Positions 12,412 through 28,300 of a stretch of DNA of 64,000 nucleotides are shown in pieces. The stretch lies in the NCBI RefSeq assembly GCF_009914755.1, contig NC_060925.1, one strand, 5' to 3'. The notes beneath the pieces are model-generated. The model was not told where the DNA came from, did no database searches, and saw only the letters and a program-made list of their open reading frames with translations. Origin of the DNA: the human T2T-CHM13v2.0 reference genome, Homo sapiens. Every line of letters starts with the position of its first letter. The stretch's first letter is position 1. A program made the translations under genes and the position numbers.

Positions 12412-15400
12412 ATGGAATCATCATCGAATGAATTGAATGCAATCATCGATTGGTCTCGAATGGAATCATCTTCTAATGGAAAGGAATGGAATCATCGCAT
12501 AGAATCGAATGGAATTATCATCGAATGGAATCAAATGGTATCAACACCAAACGGAAAAAAACGGAATTATCGAATGGAATCGAAGAGAATCTTCGAACGG
12601 ACCCGAATGGAATCATCTAATGGAATGGAATGGAATAATCCATGGACTCGAATGCAATCATCATCGAATGGAATCGAATGGAATCATCGAATGGACTCGA
12701 ATGGAATAATCATTGAACGGAATCGAATGGAATCATCATCGGATGGAAACGAATGGAATCATCATCGAATGGAAATGAAAGGAGTCATCATCTAATGGAA
12801 TTGCATGGAATCATCATAAAATGGAATCGAATGGAATCAACATCAAATGGAATCAAATGGAATCATTGAACGGAATTGAATGGAATCGTCATCGAATGAA
12901 TTGAATGCAATCATCGAATGGTCTCGAATGGAATCATCTTCAAATGGAATGGAATGGAATCATCGCATAGAATCGAATGGAATTATCATCGAATGGAATC
13001 GAATGGAATCAACATCAAACGGAAAAAAACGGAATTATCGAATGGAATCGAAGAGAATCATCGAATGGACCCGAATGGAATCATCTAATGGAATGGAATG
13101 GAATAATCCATGGACTCGAATGCAGTCATCATCGAATGGAATCGAATGGAATCATCGAATGGACTCGAATGGAATAATCATTGAACGGAATCGAATGGAA
13201 TCGTCATCGGATGGCAATGAATGGAATCATCATCGAATGGAATCGAATAGAATTATGGAATGAAATCCAGTGTGATCATCATCGAATGGACCCGAATGGA
13301 ATCATCATCCAACGGAAGCTAATGGAATCAACATCGAATGAATCAAATGGAAATACCATCGAATTGAAACGAATGGAATTACCATGAAATTGAAATGGAT
13401 GGACTCATCATCGAATGGATTCGAATGGAATCATCGAATAAAATTGATTGAAATCATCATCGAATGGAATCGAATGGTATCATTGAATGGAATCGAATGG
13501 AATCATCATCAGATGGAAATGAATGGAATCGTCATAGAATGGAATCGAATGGATTCATTGAATGGAATCAGATGGAATCATTGAATGGACTGGAATGGAA
13601 TCATTGAATGGACTCGAAAGGGATCATTATTGAATGGAATTGAATGGAATCATCGAATGGTCTCGATTGGAATCATTATCAAATGGAATCGAATGGAATC
13701 ACCGAATAGAATCGAATGGAACAATCATCGAATGGACTCAAATGGAATTATTCTCCAATGGAATCGAATGGAATTATCGAATGCAATCGAATGGAATTAT
13801 CGAATGCAATCGAATAGAATCATCGAATGGACTCGAATGGAATCATCGAATGGAATGGAATGGAACAGTCAATGAACTCGAATGGAATCATCACTGAATG
13901 GAATCGAATGGAATCATCGAGTGGAATCGAATGGAATTATGATCAAATGGAATCGAATGTAATCATCATCAAATGGAATCAAAAATAACCATCATCAATT
14001 GGTATTGAATGGAATTGTCATCAAATGGAATTCAAAGGAATCATCATCAAATGGAACAGAATGGAATCCTCGTTGAATGGAAATGAAAGGGGTCATCATC
14101 TAATGGAATCGCATGGAATCATCATCAAATGGAATCGAATGGAATCATCATCAAATGGAATCTGATGGAATCATTGAACAGAATTGAATGGAATCGTCAT
14201 CGAATGAATAGAATGCAATCATCGAATGGTCTCGAATGGAATCATCTTTTAATGGAAAGGAATGGAATCATCGCATAGAATCGAATGGAATTAACATTGA
14301 ATGGACTCGAATGGAATCAACATCAAACGGAATCAAGCGGAATTATCGAATGGAATCGAAGAGAATCATCGAATGGACTCGAATGGAATAATCTAATGGA
14401 ATTGAATGGAATAATCCACGGACTCGAATGCAATCATCATCGTATAGAATCGAATGGAATCATCGAATGGACTCGAATGGAATAATCATTGAACGGAATC
14501 GAATGGAATCATCATCGGATGGAACCGAATGGAATCATCATCGTATGGAAATGAAAGGAGTCATCATCTAATGGAATTGCATGGAATCATCATAAAATGG
14601 AATCGAATGGAATCAACATCAAATGGAATCAAATGGAATCATTGAACGGAATTGAATGGAATCGTCATCGAATGAATTGAATGCAATCATCCAATGGTCT
14701 CGAATGGAATCATCTTCAAATGGAATGGAATGGAATCATCGCATAGAATCGAATGGAATTTTCATCGAATGGAATCGAATGGAATCAACATCAAACGGAA
14801 AAAAACGGAATTATCGAATGGAATCGAAGAGAATCATCGAATGGACCCGAATGGAATCATCTAATGGAATGGAATGGAATAATCCATGGACTCGAATGCA
14901 ATCATCATCGAATGGAATCGAATGGAATCATCGAATGGACTCGAATGGAATAATCATTGAACGGAATAGAATGGAATCATCATCGGATGGAAATGAATGG
15001 AATCGTCATCGAATGGACTCGAATAGAATTATGGAATGAAATCCAGTGTGATCATCATCGAATGGACCCAAATGGAATCATCATCCAACGGAAGCTAATG
15101 GAATCAACATCGAATGAATCAAATGGAAACACCATCGAATTGAAACGAATGGAATTACCATGAAATTGAAATGGATGGACTCATCATCGAATGGATTCGA
15201 ATGGAATCATCGAATAAAATTGATTGAAATCATCATCGAATGGAATCGAATGGTATCATTGAATGGAATCGAATGGAATCATCATCAGATGGAAATGAAT
15301 GGAATCGTCATAGAATGGAATCGAATGGATTCATTGAATGGAATCAGATGGAATCATCGAATGGACTGGAATGGAATCATTGAATGGACTCGAAAGGGAT

Positions 15401-16330
15401 CATGATTGAATGGAATTGAATGGAATCATCGAATGCTCTCGATTGGAATCATTATCAAATGGAATCGAATGGAATCACCGAATAGAATCGAATGGAACAA
15501 TCATCGAATGGACTCAAATGGAATTATCCTCAAATGGAATGGAATGGAATTATCGAATGCAATCGAATGGAATTATCGAATGCAATCGAATAGAATCATC
15601 GAATGGACTCGAATGGAATCATCGAATGGAATGGAATAGAACAGTCAATGAACTCGAATGGAATCATCATTGAATGGAATCGAATGGAATCATCGAGTGG
15701 AATCGAATGGAATTATGATCAAATGGAATCGAATGTAATCATCATCAAATGGAATCAAAAATAACCATCATCAATTGGTATTGAATGGAATTGTCATCAA
15801 ATGGAATTCAAAGGAATCATCATCAAATGGAACCGAATGGAATCCTCATTGAATGGAAATGAAAGGGGTCATCATCTAATGGAATCGCATGGAATCATCA
15901 TAAAATGGAATCGAATGGAATCATCATCAAATTGAATCTAATGGAATCATTGAAAAGAATTGAATGGAATCATCATCGAATGAATTGAATGCAATCATCG
16001 ATTGGTCTCGAATGGAATCATCTTCTAATGGAAAGGAATGGAATCATCGCATAGAATCGAATGGAATTATCATCGAATGGAATCGAATGGTATCAACACC
16101 AAACGGAAAAAAACGGAATTATCGAATGGAATCGAAGAGAATCTTCAAACGGACCCGAATGGAATCATCTAATGGAATGGAATGGAATAATCCATGGACT
16201 CGAATGCAATCATCATCGAATGGAATCGAATGGAATCATCGAATGGACTCGAATGGAATAATCATTGAACGGAATCGAATGGAATCCTCATCGGATGGAA
16301 ACGAATGGAATCATCATTGAATGGAAATGA
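11104..16330. repeat. 3552-bp (2x1776) periodicity: 11104-12780 matches 14656-16330
   Basis: Shared private variants cggaatagaat, tcgtcatcgaatggactcgaatag, ggaatagaacagtc, aaattgaatct and catcgattggtctc at a constant offset of 3552. The intervening unit lacks them. Confidence 0.85.
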
Positions 16331-16965
16331 AAGGAGTCATCATCTAATGGAATTGCATGGAATCATCATAAAAAGGAATCGAATGGAATCAACATCAAAT
16401 GGAATCAAATGGAATCATTGAACGGAATTGAATGGAATCGTCATCGAATGAATTGAATGCAATCATCGAATGGTCTCCAATGGAATCATCTTCAAATGGA
16501 ATGGAATGGAATCATCGCATAGAATCGAATGGAATTATCATCGAATGGAATCGAATGGAATCAACATCAAACGGAAAAAAACGGAATTATCGAATGGAAT
16601 CGAAGAGAATCATCGAATGGACCCGAAAGGAATCATCTAATGGAATGGCATGGAATAATCCATGGACTCGAATGCAATCATCATCGAATGGAATCGAATG
16701 GAATCATCGAATGGACTCGAATGGAATAATCATTGAACGGAATCGAATGGAATCATCATCGGATGGAAATGAAAGGAGTCATCATCTAATGGAATTGCAT
16801 GGAATCATCATAAAATGGAATCGAATGGAATCAACATCAAATGGAATCAAATGGAATCATTGAACGGAATTGAATGGAATCGTCATCGAATGAATTGAAT
16901 GCAATCATCGAATGGTCTCGAATGGAATCATCTTCAAATGGAATGGAATGGAATCATCGCATAGA

Positions 16966-19900
16966 ATCGAATGGAATTATCATCGAATGGAATCGAATGG
17001 AATCAACATCAAACGGAAAAAAACGGAATTATCGAATGGAATCGAAGAGAATCATCGAATGGACCCGAATGGAATCATCTAATGGAATGGAATGGAATAA
17101 TCCATGGACTCGAATGCAATCATCATCGAATGGAATCGAATGGAATCATCGAATGGACTCGAATGGAATAATCATTGAACGGAATCGAATGGAATCGTCA
17201 TCGGATGGCAATGAATGGAATCATCATCGAATGGAATCGAATAGAATTATGGAATGAAATCCAGTGTGATCATCATCGAATGGACCCGAATGGAATCATC
17301 ATCCAACGGAAGCTAATGGAATCAACATCGAATGAATCAAATGGAAATACCATCGAATTGAAACGAATGGAATTACCATGAAATTGAAATGGATGGACTC
17401 ATCATCGAATGGATTCGAATGGAATCATCGAATAAAATTGATTGAAATCATCATCGAATGGAATCGAATGGTATCATTGAATGGAATCGAATGGAATCAT
17501 CATCAGATGGAAATGAATGGAATCGTCATAGAATGGAATCGAATGGATTCATTGAATGGAATCAGATGGAATCATTGAATGGACTGGAATGGAATCATTG
17601 AATGGACTCGAAAGGGATCATTATTGAATGGAATTGAATGGAATCATCGAATGGTCTCGATTGGAATCATTATCAAATGGAATCGAATGGAATCACCGAA
17701 TAGAATCGAATGGAACAATCATCGAATGGACTCAAATGGAATTATCCTCAAATGGAATCGAATGGAATTATCGAATGCAATCGAATGGAATTATCGAATG
17801 CAATCGAAAAGAATCATCGAATGGACTCGAATGGAATCATCGAATGGAATGAAATGGAACAGTCAATGAACTCGAATGGAATCATCATTGAATGGAATCG
17901 AATGGAATCATCGAGTGGAATCGAATGGAATTATGATCAAATGGAATCGAATGTAATCATCATCAAATGGAATCAAAAATAACCATCATCAATTGGTATT
18001 GAATGGAATTGTCATCAAATGGAATTCAAAGGAATCATCATCAAATGGAACCGAATGGAATCCTCATTGAATGGAAATGAAAGGGGTCATCATCTAATGG
18101 AATCGCATGGAATCATCATCAAATGGAATCGAATGGAATCATCATCAAATGGAATCTAATGGAATCATTGAAAGAATTGAATGGAATCATCATCGAATGA
18201 ATTGAATGCAATCATCGAATGGTCTCGAATGGAATCACCTTCTAATGGAAAGGAATGGAATCATCGCATAGAATCGAATGGAATTATCATCGAATGGAAT
18301 CGAATGGTATCAACACCAAACGGAAAAAAACGGAATTATCGAATGGAATCGAAGAGAATCTTCGAACGGACCCGAATGGAATCATCTAATGGAATGGAAT
18401 GGAATAATCCATGGACTCGAATGCAATCATCATCGAATGGAATCGAATGGAATCATCGAATGGACTCGAATGGAATAATCATTGAACGGAATCGAATGGA
18501 ATCATCATCGGACGGAAACGAATGGAATCATCATCGAATGGGAATGAAAGGAGTCATCATCTAATGGAATTGCATGGAATCATCATAAAAAGGAATCGAA
18601 TGGAATCAACATCAAATGGAATCAAATGGAATCATTGAACGGAATTGAATGGAATCGTCATCGAATGAATTGAATGCAATCATCGAATGGTCTCAAATGG
18701 AATCATCTTCAAATGGAATGGAATGGAATCATCGCATAGAATCGAATGGAATTATCATCGAATGTAATCGAATGGAATCAACACCAAACGGAAAAAAACG
18801 GAATTATCGAATGGAATCGAAGAGAATCATCGAATGGACCCGAATGGAATCATCTAATGGAATGGAATGGAATAATCCATGGACTCGAATGCAATCATCA
18901 TCGAATGGAATCGAATGGAATCATCGAATGGACTCGAATGGAATAATCATTGAACGGAATCGAATGGAATCATCATCGGATGGAAATGAATGGAATCATC
19001 ATCGAATGGAATCGAATAGAATTATGGAATGAAATCCAGTGTGATCATCATCGAATGTACCCGAATGGAATCATCATCCAACGGAAGCTAATGGAATCAA
19101 CATCGAATGAATCTAATGGAAACACCATCGAATTGAAACGAATGGAATTACCATGAAATTGAAATGGATGGACTCATCATCAAATGGATTTGAGTGGAAT
19201 CATCGAATAAAATTGATTGAAATCATCATCGAATGGAATCGAATGGTATCATTGAATGGAATCGAATGGAATCATCGTCAGATGGAAATGAAAGGAATCG
19301 TCATAGAATGGAATCGAATGGATTCATTGAATGGAATCAGATGTAATCATTGAATGGACTGGAATGGAATCACTGAATGGACTCGAAAGGGATCATTATT
19401 GAATGGAATTGAATGGAATCATCAAATGGTATCGATTGGAATCATTATCAAATGGAATCGAATGGAATCACCGAATAGAATCGAATGGAACAATCATCGA
19501 ATGGACTCAAATGGAATTATCCTCCAATGGAATCGAATGGAATTATCGAATGCAATCGAATGGAATTATCGAATGCAATCGAATAGAATCATCGAATGGA
19601 CTCGAATGGAATCATCGAATGGAATGGAATGGAACAGTCAATGAACTCGAATGGAATCATCATTGAATGGAATCGAATGGAATCATCGAGTGGAATCGAA
19701 TGGAATTATGATCAAATGGAATCGAATGTAATCATCATCAAATGGAATCAAAAATAACCATCATCAATTGGTATTGAATGGAATTGTCATCAAATGGAAT
19801 TCAAAGGAATCATCATGAAATGGAACCGAATGGAATCCTCATTGAATGGAAAAGAAAGGGGTCATCATCTAATGGAATCGCATGGAATCATCATCAAATG

Positions 19901-22325
19901 GAATCGAATGGAATCATCATCAAATGGAATCTAATGGAATCATTGAAAGAATTGAATGGAATCATCATCGAATGAATTGAATGCAATCATCGAATGGTCT
20001 CGAATGGAATCATCTTCTAATGGAAAGGAATGGAATCATCGCATAGAATCGAATGGAATTATCATCGAATGGAATCGAATGGTATCAACACCAAACGGAA
20101 AAAAACGGAATTATCGAATGGAATCGAAGAGAATCTTCGAACGGACCCGAATGGAATCATCTAATGGAATGGAATGGAATAATCCATGGACTCGAATGCA
20201 ATCATCATCGAATGGAATCGAATGGAATCATCGAATGGACTCGAATGGAATAATCATTGAACGGAATCGAATGGAATCATCATCGGACGGAAACGAATGG
20301 AATCATCATCGAATGGGAATGAAAGGAGTCATCATCTAATGGAATTGCATGGAATCATCATAAAATGGAATCGAATGGAATCAACATCAAATGGAATCAA
20401 ATGGAATCATTGAACGGAATTGAATGGAAACGTCATCGAATGAATTGAATGCAATCATCGAATGGTCTCAAATGGAATCATCTTCAAATGGAATGGAATG
20501 GAATCATCGCATAGAATCGAATGGAATTATCATCGAATGTAATCGAATGGAATCAAAACCAAACGGAAAAAAACGGAATTATCGAATGGAATCGAAGAGA
20601 ATCATCGAATGGACCCGAATGGAATCATCTAATGGAATGGAATGGAATAATCCATGGACTCGAATGCAATCATCATCGAATGGAATCGAATGGAATCATC
20701 GAATGGACTCGAATGGAATAATCATTGAACGGAATCGAATGGAATCATCATCGGATGGAAATGAATGGAATCATCATCGAATGGAATCGAATAGAATTAT
20801 GGAATGAAATCCAGTGTGATCATCATCGAATGGACCCGAATGGAATCATCATCCAACGGAAGCTAATGGAATCAACATCGAATGAATCAAATGGAAACAC
20901 CATCGAATTGAAACGAATGGAATTACCATGAAATTGAAATGGATGGACTCATCATCAAATGGATTTGAGTGGAATCATCGAATAAAATTGATTGAAATCA
21001 TCATCGAATGGAATCGAATGGTATCATTGAATGGAATCGAATGGAATCATCATCAGATGGAAATGAAAGGAATCGTCATAGAATGGAATCGAATGGATTC
21101 ATTGAATGGAATCAGATGGAATCATTGAATGGACTGGAATGGAATCATTGAATGGACTCGAAAGGGATCATTATTGAATGGAATTGAATGGAATCATCGA
21201 ATGGTCTCGATTGGAATCATTATCAAATAGAATCGAATGGAATCACCGAATAGAATCGAATGGAACAATCATCGAATGGACTCAAATGGAATTATCCTCA
21301 AATGGAATTGAATGGAATTATCGAATGCAATCGAATGGAATTATCGAATGCAATCGAATAGAATCATCGAATGGACTCGAATGGAATCATCGAATGGAAT
21401 GGAATGGAACAGTCAATGAACACGAATGGAATCATCATTGAATGGAATCGAATGGAATCATCGAGTGGAATCTAATGTAATCATCATCAAATGGAATCAA
21501 AAATAACCATCATCAAATGGAATCAAAAATAACCATCATCAATTGGTATTGAATGGAATTCTCATCAAATGGAATTCAAAGGAATCATCATCAAATGGAA
21601 CCGAATGGAATCCTCATTGAATGGAAATGAAAGGGGTCATCATCTAATGGAATCGCATGGAATCATCATCAAATGGAATCGAATGGAATCATCATCAAAT
21701 GTAATCTAATGGAATCATTGAACAGAATTGAATGGAATCGTCATCGAATGAATTGAATGCAATCATCGAATGGTCTCGAATGGAATCATCTTCTAATGGA
21801 AAGGAATGGAATCATCGCATAGAATCGAATGGAATTAACATTGAATGGACTCGAATGGAATCAACATCAAACGGAATCAAGCGGAATTATCGAATGGAAT
21901 CGAAGAGAATCATCGAATGGACCCGAATGGAATCATCTAATGGAATGGAATGGAATAATCCACGGACTCGAACGCAATCATCGTCGAATGGAATCGAATG
22001 GAATCATCGAATGGACTCGAATGGAATAATCATTGAACAGAATCGAATGGAATCATCATCGGATGGAAACGAATGGAATCATCATCGAATGGAAATGAAA
22101 GGAGTCATCATCTAATGGAATTGCATGGAATCATCATCAAATGGAATCGAATGGAATCAACATCAAATGGAATCAAATGGAATCATTGAACGGAATTGAA
22201 TGGAATCGTCATAGAATGAATTGAATGCAATCATCGAATGGTCTCGAGTGGAATCATCTTCAAATGGAATGGAATGGAATCATCGCATAGAATCGAATGG
22301 AATTATCATCGAATGGAATCGAATG
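16966..22325. repeat. Copy 2 of the block at 1-5360 (offset 16965 bp)
   Basis: Shares the private variants of copy 1; only a few differences seen by eye (e.g. ggtctcg near 2463 vs ggtatcg near 19428). Similarity breaks at about 22327 (ggtatc vs ggaatc). Confidence 0.92.
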
Positions 22326-25300
22326 GTATCAACATCAAACGGAAAAAAACGGAATTATCGAATGGAATCGAAGAGAATCTTCGAACGGACCCGAATGGAA
22401 TCATCTAATGGAATGGAATGGAATAATCCATGGACTGGAAGGCAATCATCATTGAACGGAATCGAAAGGAATCATCATCGGATGGAAACGAATGGAATCA
22501 TCATCGAATGGAAATGAAAGGAGTCATCATCTAATGGAATTGCATGGAATCATCATAAAATGGAATCGAATGGAATCAACATCAAATGGAATCAAATGGA
22601 ATCATTGAACGGAATTGAATGGAATCGTCATCGAATGAATTGAATGCAATCATCGAATGGTCTCGAATGGAATCATCTTCAAATGGAATGGAATGGAATC
22701 ATCGCATAGAATCGAATGGAATTATCATCGAATGGAATCGAATGGAATCAACATCAAACGGAAAAAAACGGAATTATCGAATGGAATCGAATAGAATCAT
22801 CGAATGGACCCGAATGGAATCATCTAATGGAATGGAATGGAATAATCCGTGGACTCGAATGCAATCATCATCGAATGTAATCGAATGGAATCATCCAATG
22901 GACTCGAATGGAATAATCATTGAACGGAATCGAATGGAATCATCATCGGATGGAAATGAATGGAATCATCATCGAATGGAATCGAATAGAATTATGGAAT
23001 GAAATCCAGTGTGATCATCACCGAATGGACCCGAATGGAATCATCATCCAACGAATGCTAATGGAATCAACATCGAATGAATCAAATGGAAACACCATCG
23101 AATTGAAACGAATGGAATTACCATGAAATTGAAATGGATGGACTCATCATCGAATGGATTCGAATGGAATCATCGAATAAAATTGATTGAAATCATCATC
23201 GAATGGAATCGAATGGATTCATTGAATGGAATCAGATGGAATCATCGAATGGACTGGAATGGAATAATTGAATGGACACGAAAGAGATCATGATTGAATG
23301 GAATTGAATGGAATCATCGAATGGTGTCGATTGGAATCATTATCAAATGGAATCGAATGGAATCACCGAATAGAATCGAATGGAACAATCATCGAATGGA
23401 CTCAAATGGAATTATCCTCAAATGGAATGGAATGGAATTATCGAATGCAATCGAATGGAATTATCGAATGCAATCGAATAGAATCATTGAATGGACTCGA
23501 ATGGAATAATCATTGAACGGAATCGAATGGAATCATCATCGGATGGAAACGAATGGAATCATCATCGAATGGAAATGAAAGGAGTCATCATCTAATGGAA
23601 TTGCATGGAATCATCATAAAATGGAATCGAATGGAATCAACATCAAATGGAATCAAATGGAATCATTGAACGGAATTGAATGGAATCGTCATCGAATGAA
23701 TTGAATGCAATCATCGAATGGTCTCGAATGGAATCATCTTCAAATGGAATGGAATGGAATCATCGCATAGAATCGAGTGGAATTATCATCGAATGGAGTC
23801 GAATGGAATCAACATCAAACGGAAAAAAACGGAATTATCGAATGGAATCGAAGAGAATCTTCGAACGGACCCGAATGGAATCACCTAATGGAATGGAATG
23901 GAATAATCTATGGACTCGAATGCAATCATCATCGAATGGAATCATCAAATGGACTCGAATGGAATAATCATTGAACGGAATCGAATGGAATCATCATCAG
24001 ATGGAAATGAATGGAATCATCATCGAATGGAATCGAATAGAATTATGGAATGAAATCCAGTGTGATCATCATCGAATGGAGCCAAATGGAATCATCATCC
24101 AACGGAATCTAATGGAATCAACATCGAATGAATTGAATGGAAACACCATCGAATTGAAACGAATGGAATTATCATGAAATTGAAATGGATGGACTCATCA
24201 TCGAATGGATTGGAATGGAATCATCGAATAAAATTGATTGAAATCATCATCAAATGGAATCGAATGGTATCATTGAATGGAATCGAATGGAATCATCATC
24301 AGATGGAAATGAATGGAATCGTCATAGAATGGAATCGAATGGATTCATTGAATGGAATCAGATGGAATCATCGAATGGACTGGAATGGAATCATTGAATG
24401 GACTCGAAAGGGATCATTATTGAATGGAATTGAATGGAATCATCGAATGGTCTCGATTGGAATCATTATCAAATGGAAACGAATGGAATCACCGAATAGA
24501 ATCGAATGGAACAATCATCGAATGGACTCAAATGGAATCATCCTCAAATGGAATGGAATGGAATTATCGAATGCAATCGAATAGAATCATCGAATGGACT
24601 CGAATGGAATCATCGAATGGAATGGAATGGAACAGTCAATGAACTCGAATGGAATCATCATTGAATGGAATCGAATGGAATCATCGAGTGGAATCGAATG
24701 GAATTATGATCAAATGGAATCTAATGTAATAATCATCAAATGGAATCAAAAATAACCATCATCAATTGTTATTGAATGGAATTGTCATCAAATGGAATTC
24801 AAAGGAATCATCATCAAATGGAACCGAATGGAATCCTCATTGAATGGAAATGAAAGGGGTCATCATCTAATGGAATCGCATGGAATCATCATCAAATGGA
24901 ATCGAATGGAATCATCATCAAATGGAATCTGATGGAATCATTGAACAGAATTGAATGGAATCGTCATCGAATGAATTGAATGCAATCATCGAATGGTCTC
25001 GAATGGAATCATCTTCTAATGGAAAGGAATGGAATCATCGCATAGAATCGAATGGAATTAACATTGAATGGACTCGAATGGAATCAACATCAAACGGAAT
25101 CAAGCGGAATTATCGAATGGAATCGAAGAGAATCATCGAATGGACTCGAATGGAATAATCTAATGGAATTGAATGGAATAATCCACGGACTCGAATGCAA
25201 TCATCATCGTATAGAATCGAATGGAATCATCGAATGGACTCGAATGGAATAATCATTGAACGGAATCGAATGGAATCATCATCGGATGGAAACGAATGGA

Positions 25301-28300
25301 ATCATCATCGAATGGAAATGAAAGGAGTCATCATCTAATGGAATTGCATGGAATCATCATCAAATGGAATCGAATGGAATCAACAGCAAATGGAATCAAA
25401 TGGAATCATTGAACGGAATTGAATGGAATCGTCATCCAATGAATGAATGCAATCATCGAATGGTCTCGAATGCAATCATCTTCAAATGGAATGGAATGGA
25501 ATCATCGCATAGAATCGAATGGAATTATCATCGAATGGAATCGAATGGTATCAACATCAAACGGAAAAAAACGGAATTATCGAATGGAATCGAATAGAAT
25601 CATGGAATGGACCCGAATGGAATCATCTAATGGAATGGAATGGAATAATCCACGGACTCGAATGCAATCATCGTCGAATGGAATCGAATGGAATCATCGA
25701 ATGGACTCGAATGGAATAATCATTGAACAGAATCGAATGGAATCATCATCGGATGGAAACGAATGGAATCATCATCGAATGGAAATGAAAGGAGTCATCA
25801 TCTAATGGAATTGCATGGAATCATCATCAAATGGAATCGAATGGAATCAACATCAAATGGAATCAAATGGAATCATTGAACGGAATTGAATGGAATCGTC
25901 ATCGAATGAATTGAATGCAATCATCGAATGGTCTCGAGTGGAATCATCTTCAAATGGAATGGAATGGAATCATCGCATAGAATCGAATGGAATTATCATC
26001 GAATGGAATCGAATGGTATCAACATCAAACGGAAAAAAACGGAATTATCGAATGGAATCGAAGAGAATCTTCGAACGGACCCGAATGGAATCATCTAATG
26101 GAATGGAATGGAATAATCCATGGACTGGAAGGCAATCATCATTGAACGGAATCGAAAGGAATCATCATCGGATGGAAACGAATGGAATCATCATCGAATG
26201 GAAATGAAAGGAGTCATCATCTAATGGAATTGCATGGAATCATCATAAAATGGAATCGAATGGAATCAACATCAAATGGAATCAAATGGAATCATTGAAC
26301 GGAATTGAATGGAATCGTCATCGAATGAATTGAATGCAATCATCGAATGGTCTCGAATGGAATCATCTTCAAATGGAATGGAATGGAATCATCGCATAGA
26401 ATCGAATGGAATTATCATCGAATGGAATCGAATGGAATCAACATCAAACGGAAAAAAACGGAATTATCGAATGGAATCGAATAGAATCATCGAATGGACC
26501 CGAATGGAATCATCTAATGGAATGGAATGGAATAATCCGTGGACTCGAATGCAATCATCATCGAATATAATCGAATGGAATCATCCAATGGACTCGAATG
26601 GAATAATCATTGAACGGAATCGAATGGAATCATCATCGGATGGAAATGAATGGAATCATCATCGAATGGAATCGAATAGAATTATGGAATGAAATCCAGT
26701 GTGATCATCATCGAATGGACCCGAATGGAATCATCATCCAACGAATGCTAATGGAATCAACATCGAATGAATCAAATGGAAACACCATCGAATTGAAACG
26801 AATGGAATTACCATGAAATTGAAATGGATGGACTCATCATCGAATGGATTCGAATGGAATCATCGAATAAAATTGATTGAAATCATCATCGAATGGAATC
26901 GAATGGATTCATTGAATGGAATCAGATGGAATCATCGAATGGACTGGAATGGAATCATTGAATGGACACGAAAGAGATCATGATTGAATGGAATTGAATG
27001 GAATCATCGAATGGTCTCGATTGGAATCATTATCAAATGGAATCGAATGGAATCACCGAATAGAATCGAATGGAACAATCATCGAATGGACTCAAATGGA
27101 ATTATCCTCAAATGGAATGGAATGGAATTATCGAATGCAATCGAATGGAATTATCGAATGCAATCGAATAGAATCATTGAATGGACTCGAATGGAATAAT
27201 CATTGAACGGAATCGAATGGAATCATCATCGGATGGAAACGAATGGAATCATCATCGAATGGAAATGAAAGGAGTCATCATCTAATGGAATTGCATGGAA
27301 TCATCATAAAATGGAATCGAATGGAATCAACATCAAATGGAATCAAATGGAATCATTGAACGGAATTGAATGGAATCGTCATCGAATGAATTGAATGCAA
27401 TCATCGAATGGTCTCGAATGGAATCATCTTCAAATGGAATGGAATGGAATCATCGCATAGAATCGAGTGGAATTATCATCGAATGGAGTCGAATGGAATC
27501 AACATCAAACGGAAAAAAACGGAATTATCGAATGGAATCGAAGAGAATCTTCGAACGGACCCGAATGGAATCACCTAATGGAATGGAATGGAATAATCTA
27601 TGGACTCGAATGCAATCATCATCGAATGGAATCATCAAATGGACTCGAATGGAATAATCATTGAACGGAATCGAATGGAATCATCATCGGATGGAAATGA
27701 ATGGAATCATCATCGAATGGAATCGAATAGAATTATGGAATGAAATCCAGTGTGATCATCATCGAATGGACCCAAATGGAATCATCATCCAACGGAATCT
27801 AATGGAATCAACATCGAATGAATTGAATGGAAACACCATCGAATTGAAACGAATGGAATTATCATGAAATTGAAATGGATGGACTCATCATCGAATGGAT
27901 TGGAATGGAATCATCGAATAAAATTGATTGAAATCATCATCAAATGGAATCGAATGGTATCATTGAATGGAATCGAATGGAATCATCATCAGATGGAAAT
28001 GAATGGAATCGTCATAGAATGGAATCGAATGGATTCATTGAATGGAATCAGATGGAATCATCGAATGGACTGGAATGGAATCATTGAATGGACTCGAAAG
28101 GGATCATGATTGAATGGAATTGAATGGAATCATCGAATGGTCTCGATTGGAATCATTATCAAATGGAAACGAATGGAATCACCGAATAGAATCGAATGGA
28201 ACAATCATCGAATGGACTCAAATGGAATCATCCTCAAATGGAATGGAATGGAATTATCGAATGCAATCGAATAGAATCATCGAATGGACTCGAATGGAAT

